A stretch of DNA of 64,000 bases from Candidatus Aminicenantes bacterium (GTDB lineage Bacteria; Acidobacteriota; Aminicenantia; Aminicenantales; UBA4085), in contig OY970261.1 of the NCBI GenBank assembly GCA_963715635.1, positions 2,161,011 through 2,225,010 of the forward strand, in the 5' to 3' direction. This document shows, one piece after another, positions 19,728-29,424 of this stretch. The stretch's first letter is position 1. Each line of letters opens with the position of its first letter. The translations under genes were made by a program, and so were the position numbers. The notes beneath the pieces were generated by a model. It ran no database searches, was not told where the DNA came from, and was given only the letters and a program-made list of their open reading frames with translations.

Positions 19728-19827
19728 CCGTGAGAATATTTATTCTTCCAAACGTCTCTCATAATGAGGCGATCAATCGCGAAGAGCGTCATATCGATCC
19801 TGGGGCCTTCGGGCCCAGCTCGCCTCA
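19728..19827. promoter_or_regulatory. ~100-bp intergenic repeat copy A between the TPR and Cys-rich genes. Contains the palindrome GCGATCAATCGC and a GGGCC-cgaa-GGCCC hairpin
   Basis: About 85% identical to 21545-21645. Both sit just after a stop codon and before the next gene's RBS in the same operon. Confidence 0.55.
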
Positions 19828-21531
19828 ATCCGCCGTGAGTTTCTTGAAATATTTATCTTCCCAAAGCCATTTGAAATCTTCGTCACTTTTTGCCGATTTT
19901 TTATTCTTCGGATCAAGCTGGATTGCTTTTGCCAGGGATTTCAAAGCTTCAGATTTACTTTTCATAAGGCTATAACAACAAGCCTTATTGATCCACGCCT
20001 CAGATGAATCCGGGTCCAGCTCAAGGGCTTTCTCATAAGCCTTCAGGGCTTCGTCAGGTCGGTTCAATTTGCCCAGAGTGGCACCCTTGTTGAGCCACGC
20101 GTCGGAATCCCCTGGCTTCAACTCGATGGCTCTCTCATCGGCCTTCAGGGCGTCGTCATGCCGGTTCAATTCGCTCAGAGCGACACCCTTATTGGTCCAT
20201 GCCTCTGCATTGTTAGGATCCAGCTCAAGGGCTTTCTCATAAGCCTTCAGGGCTTCGTCAGGTCGGTTCAATTTGCCCAGAGTGACACCCTTGTTGTACC
20301 ACGCTTCGGAAAAATCCGGTTTCAACTCGATGGCTCTCTCATCGGCCTTCAGGGCGTCGTCATGCCGGTTCAATTCGCTCAGAGCGACACCCTTATTGGT
20401 CCATGCCTCTGCATTGTTAGGATCCAACTCGATGGCTCTCTCCTGAGCTTTCAGGGCGTCATCGAGCCGGTTCAATTCGGCCAGAGCGATACCTTTGTTA
20501 ATCCACGCTTTGGCATCCCCTGGCTTCAACTCAATGGCTCTCTCATAAGATTTCAGGGCGTCGTCATGCCGGTTCAATTCGCTCAGAGCGACACCCTTAT
20601 TGGTCCATGCCTCTGCATTGTTAGGATCCAGCTCAAGGGCTTTCTCATAAGCCTTCAGGGCTTCGTCAGGTCGGTTCAATTTGCCCAGAGTGACACCCTT
20701 GTCGTACCACGTGTTGAAAAAATCCGGTTTCAACTCGATGGCTCTCTCCTGAGCTTTCAGGGCGTCATCGAGCCGGTTCAATTTGCCCAGAGCGATACCA
20801 CTGTTCCTCCACGCTTCCACATAAACCGGATCCAGCTCAATAGCTCGCTTGTATTGTTCAAGAGCATCTAGATATGAACCTCTAAAATAGAAATCATTTC
20901 CGCGCACTAAATAATCATGAGCTTTCAATTTAAGGCCAATAGCTTCTGCGATATCAGTCTTTTGCACGAATTTGTTCATCTGCTGTTTTATCGAATCCGA
21001 AATAACATCGTCTAATTTGACTTTAAGAAGTTGGGGAGTCTTATCTTGAATTTCTTGATAGCTTTTTTCAATATTAGCTATAATCTCATTAAATTTTTTT
21101 GATTTTTCCTCAATGTCTCTCTGCCTTTTTATTATTTCTTCATGGCACTCGATAATGTCTTCGCGCTTTTGCTTAATATCAGCTCTCAATGTATTAATAC
21201 CCCGAAATCCCAAAAAACTTGCAAGTGCTATTCCTAGCATAATTAAGGTTGTAATAGCTCCAATGGCCTTTATAATAAAATCAGATTGATTAATCGATTT
21301 ATCGAACATTCGCTGATTAAATTCAAGAATATCTCGCCAGGTTACATCTTCAGCGCTTCTAATGGGCAGCTGCGGAGATTCTTTCTGCCCTTCTTTATTT
21401 TGTTCTTGTTTTTCTGTTTTTTGTGAGATTTTTTGGTTCTTATTTGCAGGAAGATCTTGTGCTGTCAATATTTGAGCATCTACAGTTAGAAAACCGAGGA
21501 GAATTAAGGCGAGGGGAATGTACTTTTTCAT
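19825..21531 (-). CDS. TPR-repeat protein with N-terminal signal/TM and coiled-coil region (about 568 aa). Start taken at MKKYIPLALILL (GGAGG RBS)
   Basis: At least 12 near-identical 34-aa TPR units (AEAWTNKGVALSELNRHDDALKAYEKALELDPNN). ~102-bp DNA periodicity. Confidence 0.8.
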   Translation of the reverse strand: MKKYIPLALILLGFLTVDAQILTAQDLPANKNQKISQKTEKQEQNKEGQKESPQLPIRSAEDVTWRDILEFNQRMFDKSINQSDFIIKAIGAITTLIMLGIALASFLGFRGINTLRADIKQKREDIIECHEEIIKRQRDIEEKSKKFNEIIANIEKSYQEIQDKTPQLLKVKLDDVISDSIKQQMNKFVQKTDIAEAIGLKLKAHDYLVRGNDFYFRGSYLDALEQYKRAIELDPVYVEAWRNSGIALGKLNRLDDALKAQERAIELKPDFFNTWYDKGVTLGKLNRPDEALKAYEKALELDPNNAEAWTNKGVALSELNRHDDALKSYERAIELKPGDAKAWINKGIALAELNRLDDALKAQERAIELDPNNAEAWTNKGVALSELNRHDDALKADERAIELKPDFSEAWYNKGVTLGKLNRPDEALKAYEKALELDPNNAEAWTNKGVALSELNRHDDALKADERAIELKPGDSDAWLNKGATLGKLNRPDEALKAYEKALELDPDSSEAWINKACCYSLMKSKSEALKSLAKAIQLDPKNKKSAKSDEDFKWLWEDKYFKKLTAD

Positions 21532-21544
21532 AATGCCTCCGTTG

Positions 21545-21645
21545 AGAAAATATATTCTTTCAGACGTCTCTTTTAATGAGGCGATCAATCGCGAAAGCGT
21601 CGTATCGATCCGGGGGCCTTCGGGTCCCCACGCCTCAATTCTCAC
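21545..21645. promoter_or_regulatory. ~100-bp intergenic repeat copy B between the MTase and TPR genes
   Basis: Same sequence family as 19728-19827, including GCGATCAATCGC. Confidence 0.55.
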
Positions 21646-23258
21646 TTAGGCTCTTTGATCTCAAGCTGCTCGGGCTTCTTTCCTTTGAATCTCTCCGCCT
21701 TCTTGAAAGTCGCATCAACCTGTCTGATCGGGGGCATATCAATCTTTTTCCCCGCTAGAAGCTCGGCAACGGTCATTAGTTGGATCTTCGGATATTTCCT
21801 CCCCCAGGTCTTCGACTCATAGAATCCAGCCGTAACGGCTTCGGTTTGCATCGGCTTCGTCGGCTCATCCATAGAAATCAGGACGCCGATTGCGGCTTTC
21901 TCTCGATCGATGACGCCGCGCAGATCTCTGACTTGATTGGCTGTTATGTGTCCCGCTTTCACCTGGAGCTGGACGGTCTCAAATTTGCCGGGCTCGTCTC
22001 CCTGGAAGATAATTTTGCCGTCGATACCTTTATCGGCGCCCTTCTTGACTTCAACGGGTCTAGCCCCAACAAGGCCAAGCGCCCACGCCTGGAATTGGTA
22101 GTAGTCGGAATCTGCAAGCGCCTGGGCATCCGGTACACTGACGGGCTCTCCGATCACTTTGAATTGAGCCTGATTTTCGAAGGTGTCACTCATTCGCTTC
22201 TTTATCAGTGTAATCGCAAGGTGTGTGATGTCAATTCCAATCCACCACCTTTTGAGCTTTTGGGCTGCGGCGATCGTGGTACCACAGCCACAGAACGGAT
22301 CAAGGACTAAATCGCCCTCGTTGCTGCTAGCCTGGATGATCCTTTCTAAAAGAGCCTCCGGTTTTTGAGTAGGATAACCAAGGCGCTCCTGTGCCTGGGA
22401 TTGAACGGGCATTATATCGCTCCATGTATCATCAACTGGCGTCCCTTCTTGTTCATCGAGGTAGCGTTTAAGTGCAGGAACGCGACTCGGCGCAGACTGA
22501 ACGATTAAACCGTTTTTATATGCCTCCTTCATCCGGTCCTCCGTCCAGCGCCAGACGCGTGTTATACCAAGAAATTCGTAAGTAAGGTTCGGTCGGTTCT
22601 TATTAGGATTCGTAAGGTCGGCGAGCCTGTAGCGCCGACCCGTCGATGGTTCTATATATCGATAGAATTTCCGCAAGTATTCCGGGTTATGTTCTGTATA
22701 AACCGGATTCCAAGTCCATTTATCGCCGTGGGAACAGCGCAGGATCGTATCGTGATCTGCCGCAAATCGGGTGAAGGCTAATCCTTTTGCATTTGTTCTC
22801 TTCCAGACTATCTCATTGATAAAACGTTCCGGGCCAAAAATCGCGTCCATAAGCATCTTCAAATAGTGGCTAGCTGCAGGATCACAGTGCAGGTAGATAG
22901 AGGCAGTCGGCTTCATAACCCGGCGCAGTTCGACCAGCCGTGGCGCCATCATGACAAGGTAGGCCAGCATATCGCACGGACCAAGGAATTTTCGGAAAGC
23001 CTCAAGGCAATCAGCGACCTTTCCGCCCTTTGTCACCAGCTCCGCATAAATAGCCTCGTCCTCCTGGCTCCAGGTCCAGGTGTCCTCAAAGGCGCGGATC
23101 TGGCTGGCCGCCTGTGACCCGTTCTTCTCTTTGAAAAGGATGTTGTAGTTTTGGCTGCTCTTAAAGGGTGGGTCGAGATAGACGAGATCAATGCTTTCGT
23201 CTTTGATATACCGTTTCAGAATGTCAAGGTTGTCCCCATAATAAAGTGTGTTTTCCAT
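21642..23258 (-). CDS. DNA methyltransferase (beta-class N6A/N4C, DPPF...FxGxG order) fused to a C-terminal Mrr-like PD-(D/E)xK nuclease domain (538 aa)
   Basis: LVYLDPPF (motif IV) precedes [10 protein letters not shown] (motif I). C-terminus has [10 protein letters not shown]...QVKAG resembling the Mrr catalytic core. 4-nt overlap with the TPR gene. Confidence 0.8.
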   Translation of the reverse strand: MENTLYYGDNLDILKRYIKDESIDLVYLDPPFKSSQNYNILFKEKNGSQAASQIRAFEDTWTWSQEDEAIYAELVTKGGKVADCLEAFRKFLGPCDMLAYLVMMAPRLVELRRVMKPTASIYLHCDPAASHYLKMLMDAIFGPERFINEIVWKRTNAKGLAFTRFAADHDTILRCSHGDKWTWNPVYTEHNPEYLRKFYRYIEPSTGRRYRLADLTNPNKNRPNLTYEFLGITRVWRWTEDRMKEAYKNGLIVQSAPSRVPALKRYLDEQEGTPVDDTWSDIMPVQSQAQERLGYPTQKPEALLERIIQASSNEGDLVLDPFCGCGTTIAAAQKLKRWWIGIDITHLAITLIKKRMSDTFENQAQFKVIGEPVSVPDAQALADSDYYQFQAWALGLVGARPVEVKKGADKGIDGKIIFQGDEPGKFETVQLQVKAGHITANQVRDLRGVIDREKAAIGVLISMDEPTKPMQTEAVTAGFYESKTWGRKYPKIQLMTVAELLAGKKIDMPPIRQVDATFKKAERFKGKKPEQLEIKEPK

Positions 23259-23689
23259 TTTTGTTCCCCGCCTGATTTTTTAGCACAAATGGGAGACCAA
23301 GTCAAAGAACCGCAAGGGGCCGTGATGTTCAGGAGTAGGCTTCCCCCCGAGAACAGGAGCGCCATGTTTTTGAACTTTTTCACAATAACATAAGGGGAAA
23401 AGGCTTATTTCGTGGGGTTTTCTCTCAAAATGAGGAGAATTCAGTTTTTGAACACAGGGCATCCATTTTCCAGGCGTTCTTTCTCCCTTCTCTTTTCCAG
23501 CAATTATCTTTCCTGACCATCCCACAAGTGACCAACCCCAAAGCTCCATCCCCCTTCTCTCCCACTTGCGACTTAGCCCGCTTCCTTCGGGGAAACCACC
23601 TCCTGTTTTATCCCCTTTCCCCTGTGCGAACTTTACTGTAATATAAAAACAGAATTTAAGGATCCTCGATTATTCAATAAGGAGAGGAA

Positions 23690-24520
23690 ATGGATACTTT
23701 CACTCTAGATCCCGAAGTGCAGGAAAGAATTTCCGTCGCAGAATTGGCTGAGCTCATTTTTAAAATTTTGAAGCGTAATTTATCGGCATCTGAAAGAGTT
23801 GTTTCTTATTACGGCGGCTCCCTTGAATCGATAAAGGAGTTTGAGCTTCTGAGGTATCCGGGGGGCCGAGTGGCAAAAATCCACCCTAACTTTGAAAAGA
23901 AGTTCGCCCAAGCCGTACAAATGCTGAGGGATAAAGAACTCATAATGCAGGACCATGTACAGTCCCAAAGCCCAAATAACGTTGAACTTACACTAAAAGG
24001 AGAAGTAATGGAGCCCGGACAATTTCTTCCAACCGTAGAAAGCTCAGACAAGATGATTGAAGCGATAGAGAGTTCTACAGGTGCTCTTGACGAAGTAATC
24101 AAGGTTTATCTGAGGGAAGCACACGATACCTTCAAGTCTGATTTCTTGATATCTTCGGCGTTCTGCCTGGGGGCGATGTCGGAGAGATGCATCCTCATAC
24201 TTTCACAGGCAGTTGAGGCCGATTTGAAAGATCCTGTGGTCTCTGCTCAATACTTAAAATGCAAATGGGTAAAGGATTACGCCAAATTCATTTCCGAAAG
24301 TATAAACGGGCTTAGGAAAAGGCATTCCGGAAATGATGAGCTCTTCCGGGACCTTGACACTAAGATAAACACGCTTGCAGCCTATTACAGATTGACCAGA
24401 AACGAGGCCGGGCATCCGGATTTCGTTCCAAAGATTGAGAGGCCCGAGTTAGAGCTTGCTTTGAAGACAGTGCCGAGATATTTAGAAACGATTCTTGCCG
24501 TCCTGCAACTTCTAATTTGA
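23690..24520 (+). CDS. Hypothetical protein with C-terminal HEPN-like RNxxxH motif (276 aa)
   Basis: YRLTRNEAGHPDF near the C-terminus. Transcribed divergently from the MTase operon. Confidence 0.45.
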   Translation: MDTFTLDPEVQERISVAELAELIFKILKRNLSASERVVSYYGGSLESIKEFELLRYPGGRVAKIHPNFEKKFAQAVQMLRDKELIMQDHVQSQSPNNVELTLKGEVMEPGQFLPTVESSDKMIEAIESSTGALDEVIKVYLREAHDTFKSDFLISSAFCLGAMSERCILILSQAVEADLKDPVVSAQYLKCKWVKDYAKFISESINGLRKRHSGNDELFRDLDTKINTLAAYYRLTRNEAGHPDFVPKIERPELELALKTVPRYLETILAVLQLLI

Positions 24521-25326
24521 CTGCGGAGAAGTCAAGCGCGGGGGTAGCCTGTCCGGGAAAGGGATCGTTTTGCACTTAACGGTTAAAGAGAATTTACACG
24601 GGGGGGGCAGGTTGGGGAAAGGGATTGTTTTGGAGTGGGCGGCTAGGGGAGGTAAAAAATATAGGGGGGCCGTATGCCAACAGCCGAAGGAAGGGATTCG
24701 TTGGGTCGATCGGCGGGGAGTCACGGAGGCCCTATCCCCCCCAGGCCCGAGGCCGCGCGCGGTCCTGCGGAAACCTCCGCATCCTGGCAAGGCCGAAAAG
24801 GATGAGGTCTAGGCCATGGCCGAGATATCGCATGGCATCAAGGCAGACCAGGGAGATCAGAAAGCCCGAGCACCCCAGGCGAACTTAACGATTGATGCTA
24901 TTGGCGCGGGATGGTATTGTCATTAGGTGTTAACAAACCCGAGCATATCCGAATATGCAAAATCGCAAACAATAAGCGATTTATAAAAGAAACCGCATGA
25001 CAGGTGAACACCTGAACCTTACCTCCTTATCGAAGGAGGTCTGCCATGAAAGCGGAGCTGGCCAGCGGCCCGGTTTTCCCCTTAAAGGATGGGTCGCGCA
25101 ATAGCTATTATGTCAACCAGGAATCCTTATAACTTGTTTAAATATGGCATGATGCAAAAATGGGATTTTGGGATTCGCGTTATTGACATTATCTGTCAAA
25201 CAAAAGCGGTTTGCGTCCCATTTAGGGCCAAAAAATGGGGTTCAAAGCCCATTTGGGCTTAAAAATGGCCTGTTTTTGCCACTTTGGAACTAGGGTCGGG
25301 CCGGGGCCAAGAAGTAGGGCTCGGGA

Positions 25327-25926
25327 TTAAAAAGGTCCCCAATTCGGGGGAAGGTCAATAATACACGTGCCGAGTTTTTCCCGAGCCCCTTGCGCCGCTC
25401 GTTCCTCTTTCAATAATCGCCTCTCGTCTTCGGTCATGCTTTTATAGTCCGAAGCGATCCAGTCCCACATATCTTTGACCGCTGGAAGGCGCAGACGGTA
25501 TTTCCTTTGCAGCTTCCGCGAATGAGTCCTTAGACCTTCGCCGCTTTCAATCAAGGCTCTCAGCTCATCACAAACCCGGTTAAAGTTTTCTATAATCCAG
25601 AACTCATCTTTGATTCTTACGTAGTCCACAAGGCGATTTTCGGAATCGAGCTTGCGAAGGTATCCTTTTTGAATTCGCTCATCGAGTTTATAAAGGAGAC
25701 CTCGAAATCGCCAATATCGCTCCGCGGGAGTTGCAAATCGTAAATATCGCCATCGCCTGAGGAACTCTTTGATGAATAGACTATTTTTACAAGCAGCCTC
25801 AACGTCCCACTGAGGTTTCCCATCCTCTCCAATTGTTTTAAACGGCTCCATTTCCGCATGCACTTTCCGGAACCCGACGGATATCTTTCTTTGCTTCCTT
25901 CTTTTTTTCCTTATATTATCGGCCAT
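25327..25926 (-). CDS. Hypothetical basic protein (199 aa)
   Basis: ORF with Lys/Arg-rich N-terminus. No recognisable motif. Confidence 0.4.
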   Translation of the reverse strand: MADNIRKKRRKQRKISVGFRKVHAEMEPFKTIGEDGKPQWDVEAACKNSLFIKEFLRRWRYLRFATPAERYWRFRGLLYKLDERIQKGYLRKLDSENRLVDYVRIKDEFWIIENFNRVCDELRALIESGEGLRTHSRKLQRKYRLRLPAVKDMWDWIASDYKSMTEDERRLLKEERAAQGAREKLGTCIIDLPPNWGPF

Positions 25927-26043
25927 TTTCTGGTCCTGTCACATTTAGCGGGATATATATTTTCCCCCATAATGATTTTATGATTGTAAACATATTGAGT
26001 CAAGAAAAATATTTGGATGTTCAATGAGCGAAAAGGAGCAAGA

Positions 26044-26304
26044 ATGAAAAATCGCCTGCGGGAAATTAGGAAGGCGAAAGGGATCAGCCAGGCTCAGCTT
26101 TTTGGTATGACTAAAATTTGGCCCTCTAGCATCGGATTTATCGAACGGAATTTTTGGGACCCCGGCCTCGATGTAAAGCGCAGACTGGCCCGAGCCCTCA
26201 GGGTTCGCATTGTTGATTTGTTCCCGGACGTTGAATCAAAGGCAACTGCCGGATCGGGGCGTGAGTCCTGTGGGAAACCCGCGACGGAGGCAGCAGAACG
26301 ATGA
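26044..26304 (+). CDS. XRE-family (Cro/CI-type) HTH transcriptional regulator
   Basis: LREIRKAKGISQAQLFGMT HTH. AAGGAG RBS 5 nt upstream of the ATG at 26044. Confidence 0.7.
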   Translation: MKNRLREIRKAKGISQAQLFGMTKIWPSSIGFIERNFWDPGLDVKRRLARALRVRIVDLFPDVESKATAGSGRESCGKPATEAAER

Positions 26305-26352
26305 AGCCCCTACGCATCGCTCAAAATATTTTTTTAGAGATGGTAATGGAAA

Positions 26353-26661
26353 ATGGACGAAAAAAAATCAATTCCCGGGAATCTCGAAGAAGCTAGATTC
26401 CATCATCCGGCAAACGAAAAGCCGGAGGCCCTCCTTGAATGCAGTGACCTATATTTGAGCGCCTTTCTAAAATCGAGAGGCGTTGTTTTCGAGGGCCACA
26501 AGCGCGGGGAAGGGAAGCGCATCATTTTTCTTTTTCGGCGTCAGCCCGACATCGAAGACCTGATCAAGAGCTTTTACAACGATAGCCTCGTCCCGGTCCT
26601 GAGTTTTAAATCGGCCCTGCGGAATCTTCGAGACCTCATTTTCGAGGAGAGCAGGTCATGA
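26353..26661 (+). CDS. Small phage-associated protein (DUF5659-like), 102 aa
   Basis: Pattern 'DLYLSAFLKSRGVVFEG...GKRIIFLF...SFKSALRNLRDLIF' matches the phage small-protein family as I recall it. Confidence 0.4.
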   Translation: MDEKKSIPGNLEEARFHHPANEKPEALLECSDLYLSAFLKSRGVVFEGHKRGEGKRIIFLFRRQPDIEDLIKSFYNDSLVPVLSFKSALRNLRDLIFEESRS

Positions 26662-26733
26662 AGCGTTTAGAAGCTGGCTTCACGGGAACACCAAACCGCA
26701 TTCACGAGGCAGGGATGTTACCGGGAGATTGAG

Positions 26734-27177
26734 ATGGGAAAGTCGAAGTCTGAACGCGTGCCTCCCTACATTAAGCTGGAACACTACCAGATGAACACGG
26801 CGGCATGGACAGCACTTTCCGACCGAGCCGTCTGGCTCTATCTGGAATTGAGGAAACAATTCAAACCAAAAGAGGGCGGAGACTCGCATCTAGTACTTCC
26901 CTATTCGGAAGTCCGTTGGCGAATGAGTAGGACTAGCTTTTGCGACGGGATGGCCGAGCTCTGCAAATACGGATTCACAAAGGTCGTCGAGGCGGGCGGC
27001 CTTCTTCGAAGGCCCTCAGTATATGCTATCTCTCAAGAATGGATAGAAATTAGCCGCCAGATTGTTGACAAGGAAGGCAAGGCGGCAATTCGGCTCGGCC
27101 TCGCAAAAAAGCCCTCCTCCAGAAATAACCTCAAGAATCTCATCGGGAGCAGAAGATGGGAAGGGAATGGCAAGTAG
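26734..27177 (+). CDS. Hypothetical protein (147 aa), phage-module
   Basis: ORF in the regulatory module between the XRE and integrase genes. Confidence 0.4.
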   Translation: MGKSKSERVPPYIKLEHYQMNTAAWTALSDRAVWLYLELRKQFKPKEGGDSHLVLPYSEVRWRMSRTSFCDGMAELCKYGFTKVVEAGGLLRRPSVYAISQEWIEISRQIVDKEGKAAIRLGLAKKPSSRNNLKNLIGSRRWEGNGK

Positions 27178-27299
27178 TTTGGACAAGGGATCGTTTTCGG
27201 CTGGCCGCCGCCTCTTCTCCTTTCTCTCTTAGCTCTTTTAGGGAAAGAATGGGAGGAGGAGGGAAGGGAAGAGAACACATACCTGGAAATATATATAAG

Positions 27300-27420
27300 G
27301 CATCCAAACAATGGAACTGTTGCGGACGCCAACTGTTCCAAACAATGGAACTGTTAGGCTTTAACTGTTCCAAACAATGGAACGAATCGTTCCAAACAAT
27401 GGAACTGTCTATGATTTCTC
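27300..27420. promoter_or_regulatory. Four direct copies of a 17-bp palindromic operator/iteron GTTCCAAACAATGGAAC
   Basis: Copies at about 27304, 27334, 27362 and 27385, each internally palindromic (GTTCCA..TGGAAC). Confidence 0.6.
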
Positions 27421-27556
27421 AATCGAGTTGTGCGGGGACATCTTTATTTTTTTCTTATAAAAGACAAAGAAAAAGAAAAGGAGAAAGAACTGCCGGGCCT
27501 GGAAGAAAAGGAAAAAGCCGAGGAGGAAGCGATCCCATTTTGAGGACGGCGAGAAC

Positions 27557-27841
27557 GTGACAAAAGGTCGAGCCATTTACTTGAAGTGCTTGGACTGTGC
27601 GGCAGGCGACCGAAAAGAAGTCCTGTTCTGCACGCTTTTCGATTGTCCGCTCTGGGAGTACCGCTGCGGATGTCATGTTTCATCCAGGAGATATCGGGAC
27701 CGGATTGAACGCGGCTTCCAGACCTTCACCCTGATTGTCGCCGAACTTCGCAGCCAGGGCCTGGATTGCCCGAATTTTCTTCGGAATGATGAGCAGGCTA
27801 GTGTTTCCGTGGGCTATCGAGGAAAACACGGGGCGCACTAA
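27557..27841 (+). CDS. Small Cys-rich hypothetical protein (94 aa)
   Basis: ORF with CLDCAAG...CTLFDCPLWEYRCGCH. Confidence 0.3.
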   Translation: MTKGRAIYLKCLDCAAGDRKEVLFCTLFDCPLWEYRCGCHVSSRRYRDRIERGFQTFTLIVAELRSQGLDCPNFLRNDEQASVSVGYRGKHGAH

Positions 27842-27864
27842 GGACGCATGATTCGAGGGACAGC

Positions 27865-29310
27865 ATGAAGGGGCTTTCGGCACTCCTCACGGCCAGAGAG
27901 ACAAGCAAAGTCTTGGGCATAAGCCTCTCAACCGTTTATCGCCTGGCAGGGCAGAATTGTATTCCCCATATCAAGATGAACGGCCTGGGGCTACGCTTCC
28001 GAGAGGATGATCTCGACGCATGGCTGCAAGGGGGAACCTTTAAGCCCGCTAATCTTGACCCTTACTTGCTTGCTTCTCCCGCCTATGCTATACCTTCTCG
28101 GCATGGAGGTATAAACGGGATGGCCAGCAAGGCCAAATCAAAAACCCGCTTCAATCTAGACTATGGATCGGTTTATATTCGGAAAACCAAAGAGGGGAAA
28201 GAACGTTTTTGCATTGACTATTACAATGCCGATGGCCGCCGTGTCCAGAAGGTTGTGAAGTATGCCGAGAGTTGGGAGGAGGCTGCTGCCGCCTTAAAAG
28301 ATGCCGCCGTCAAGGAATACTGTTTCAAAAATGGGATTGAACCCAAGCCCCGGAATATCAGGTTCAAGGAATTCTCAAAGCTCTATTGGGAAACCCATGT
28401 CAAGGTGAACCGTCGAGGCTGGCAGTCTGAAACGGGCAGGATGGAGAACCTAAAGGCAACCTTCGGGGACATGGATTTGCGAGAGATTAGGCCGATGGAC
28501 GTTGAAAGGTTCAAGCACTCCCGTATTAAAGCCGGAAACAAAGAAAGCACGATCAACCGCTATCTCGCCCTACTCAAGCATATGTTTAATTTTGCTATCA
28601 GCAACGGCTATGCCTCAAAGAATCCGGTCAAGGAAATCAAGCTCTACGCGGAAAAGGAACGGAAGGAAAGAGTCCTGGGCCTGGAAGAAGAAGCCCGGCT
28701 ACTCAAGGTAAGTCCCGACTATCTAAGGCCCATGCTGATTACTGCCATTCATGCGGGCCTCCGGCGCTCGGAGATTATGAATCTCAAGTGGTCAAGCGTG
28801 GATCTGGAAGCCCGGAGAATCAGGGTAGAAGCCGAAAGCGCAAAAAGCGGGAAATTCCGATCCGTCCCCGTTAACTCCGCCCTCCATGCTGCCCTACTCG
28901 CTCAAAAGGCCGCAAACGGAAAGAGCCCGTATGTTTTCCCCAATGAGGACACAGGGAAGCCCTACACGACACTAGCAAGGGTTTTTATGCGGGCCTGTAA
29001 GGATGCAGAAATTAAGGGGCTCACGCTTCACGATTTGCGCCGCAGTTTTGCATCGAGGCTACTTGAGGAAGGTGCGTCCATTGAGATAGTCAAATCCTTG
29101 CTCGGCCATCACAGCATAACAGTTACCGAAAGATACACTCATTCCAGCGAAGAAGCCAAGAGAAGAGCGGTTGAACGGTTGGCCGAGAAGTCCATCAAAG
29201 AAGGCGAAAACAGGGATTCTCTGTTACGTGGTGGTGACCTGAAAGAGTCGTCTTTTTGGCCAGACTTCAATTCTCTGAAGGCGGTAACTCCATCATGCTC
29301 AATGAATTAA
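27865..29310 (+). CDS. int: Tyrosine-type site-specific integrase with N-terminal excisionase-like HTH domain (481 aa)
   Basis: N-terminal HTH (TARETSKVLGISLSTVYRLA). Catalytic motifs LRRSEIMNLKW (R), HDLRRSFAS (H-x-x-R), HHSITVTERYTH (Tyr). Stop lies 4 nt from the tRNA 3' end. Confidence 0.9.
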   Translation: MKGLSALLTARETSKVLGISLSTVYRLAGQNCIPHIKMNGLGLRFREDDLDAWLQGGTFKPANLDPYLLASPAYAIPSRHGGINGMASKAKSKTRFNLDYGSVYIRKTKEGKERFCIDYYNADGRRVQKVVKYAESWEEAAAALKDAAVKEYCFKNGIEPKPRNIRFKEFSKLYWETHVKVNRRGWQSETGRMENLKATFGDMDLREIRPMDVERFKHSRIKAGNKESTINRYLALLKHMFNFAISNGYASKNPVKEIKLYAEKERKERVLGLEEEARLLKVSPDYLRPMLITAIHAGLRRSEIMNLKWSSVDLEARRIRVEAESAKSGKFRSVPVNSALHAALLAQKAANGKSPYVFPNEDTGKPYTTLARVFMRACKDAEIKGLTLHDLRRSFASRLLEEGASIEIVKSLLGHHSITVTERYTHSSEEAKRRAVERLAEKSIKEGENRDSLLRGGDLKESSFWPDFNSLKAVTPSCSMN

Positions 29311-29313
29311 GAG

Positions 29314-29391
29314 ATGGCGCGCCTGGCCGGACTCGAACCAGCGACACAGGGATTAGGAATCCCTTGCTCTATCCAAACTGAGCTACAGGCG
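29314..29391 (-). tRNA. tRNA-Arg (anticodon CCT), complete with encoded CCA
   Basis: Cloverleaf resolved by eye: acceptor GCGCCTG/CAGGCGC, D-arm GCTC-AGTTTGGATA-GAGC, anticodon stem-loop AGGGA-TTCCTAA-TCCCT, T-arm GCTGG-TTCGAGT-CCGGC, discriminator G, CCA. Confidence 0.85.
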
Positions 29392-29424
29392 CGCAGGATC
29401 GAAAGAGATTATAAACCGCTGATT

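Noticed and set aside
19980-20880. Regular ~102-bp periodic repeats with near-identical units, superficially CRISPR-like; + strand ORF 20158-20871
   Set aside because: The repeats are contiguous with no unique spacers, and they encode 34-aa TPR units of the minus-strand gene 19825-21531. The + strand ORF is a mirror artefact of the repeats
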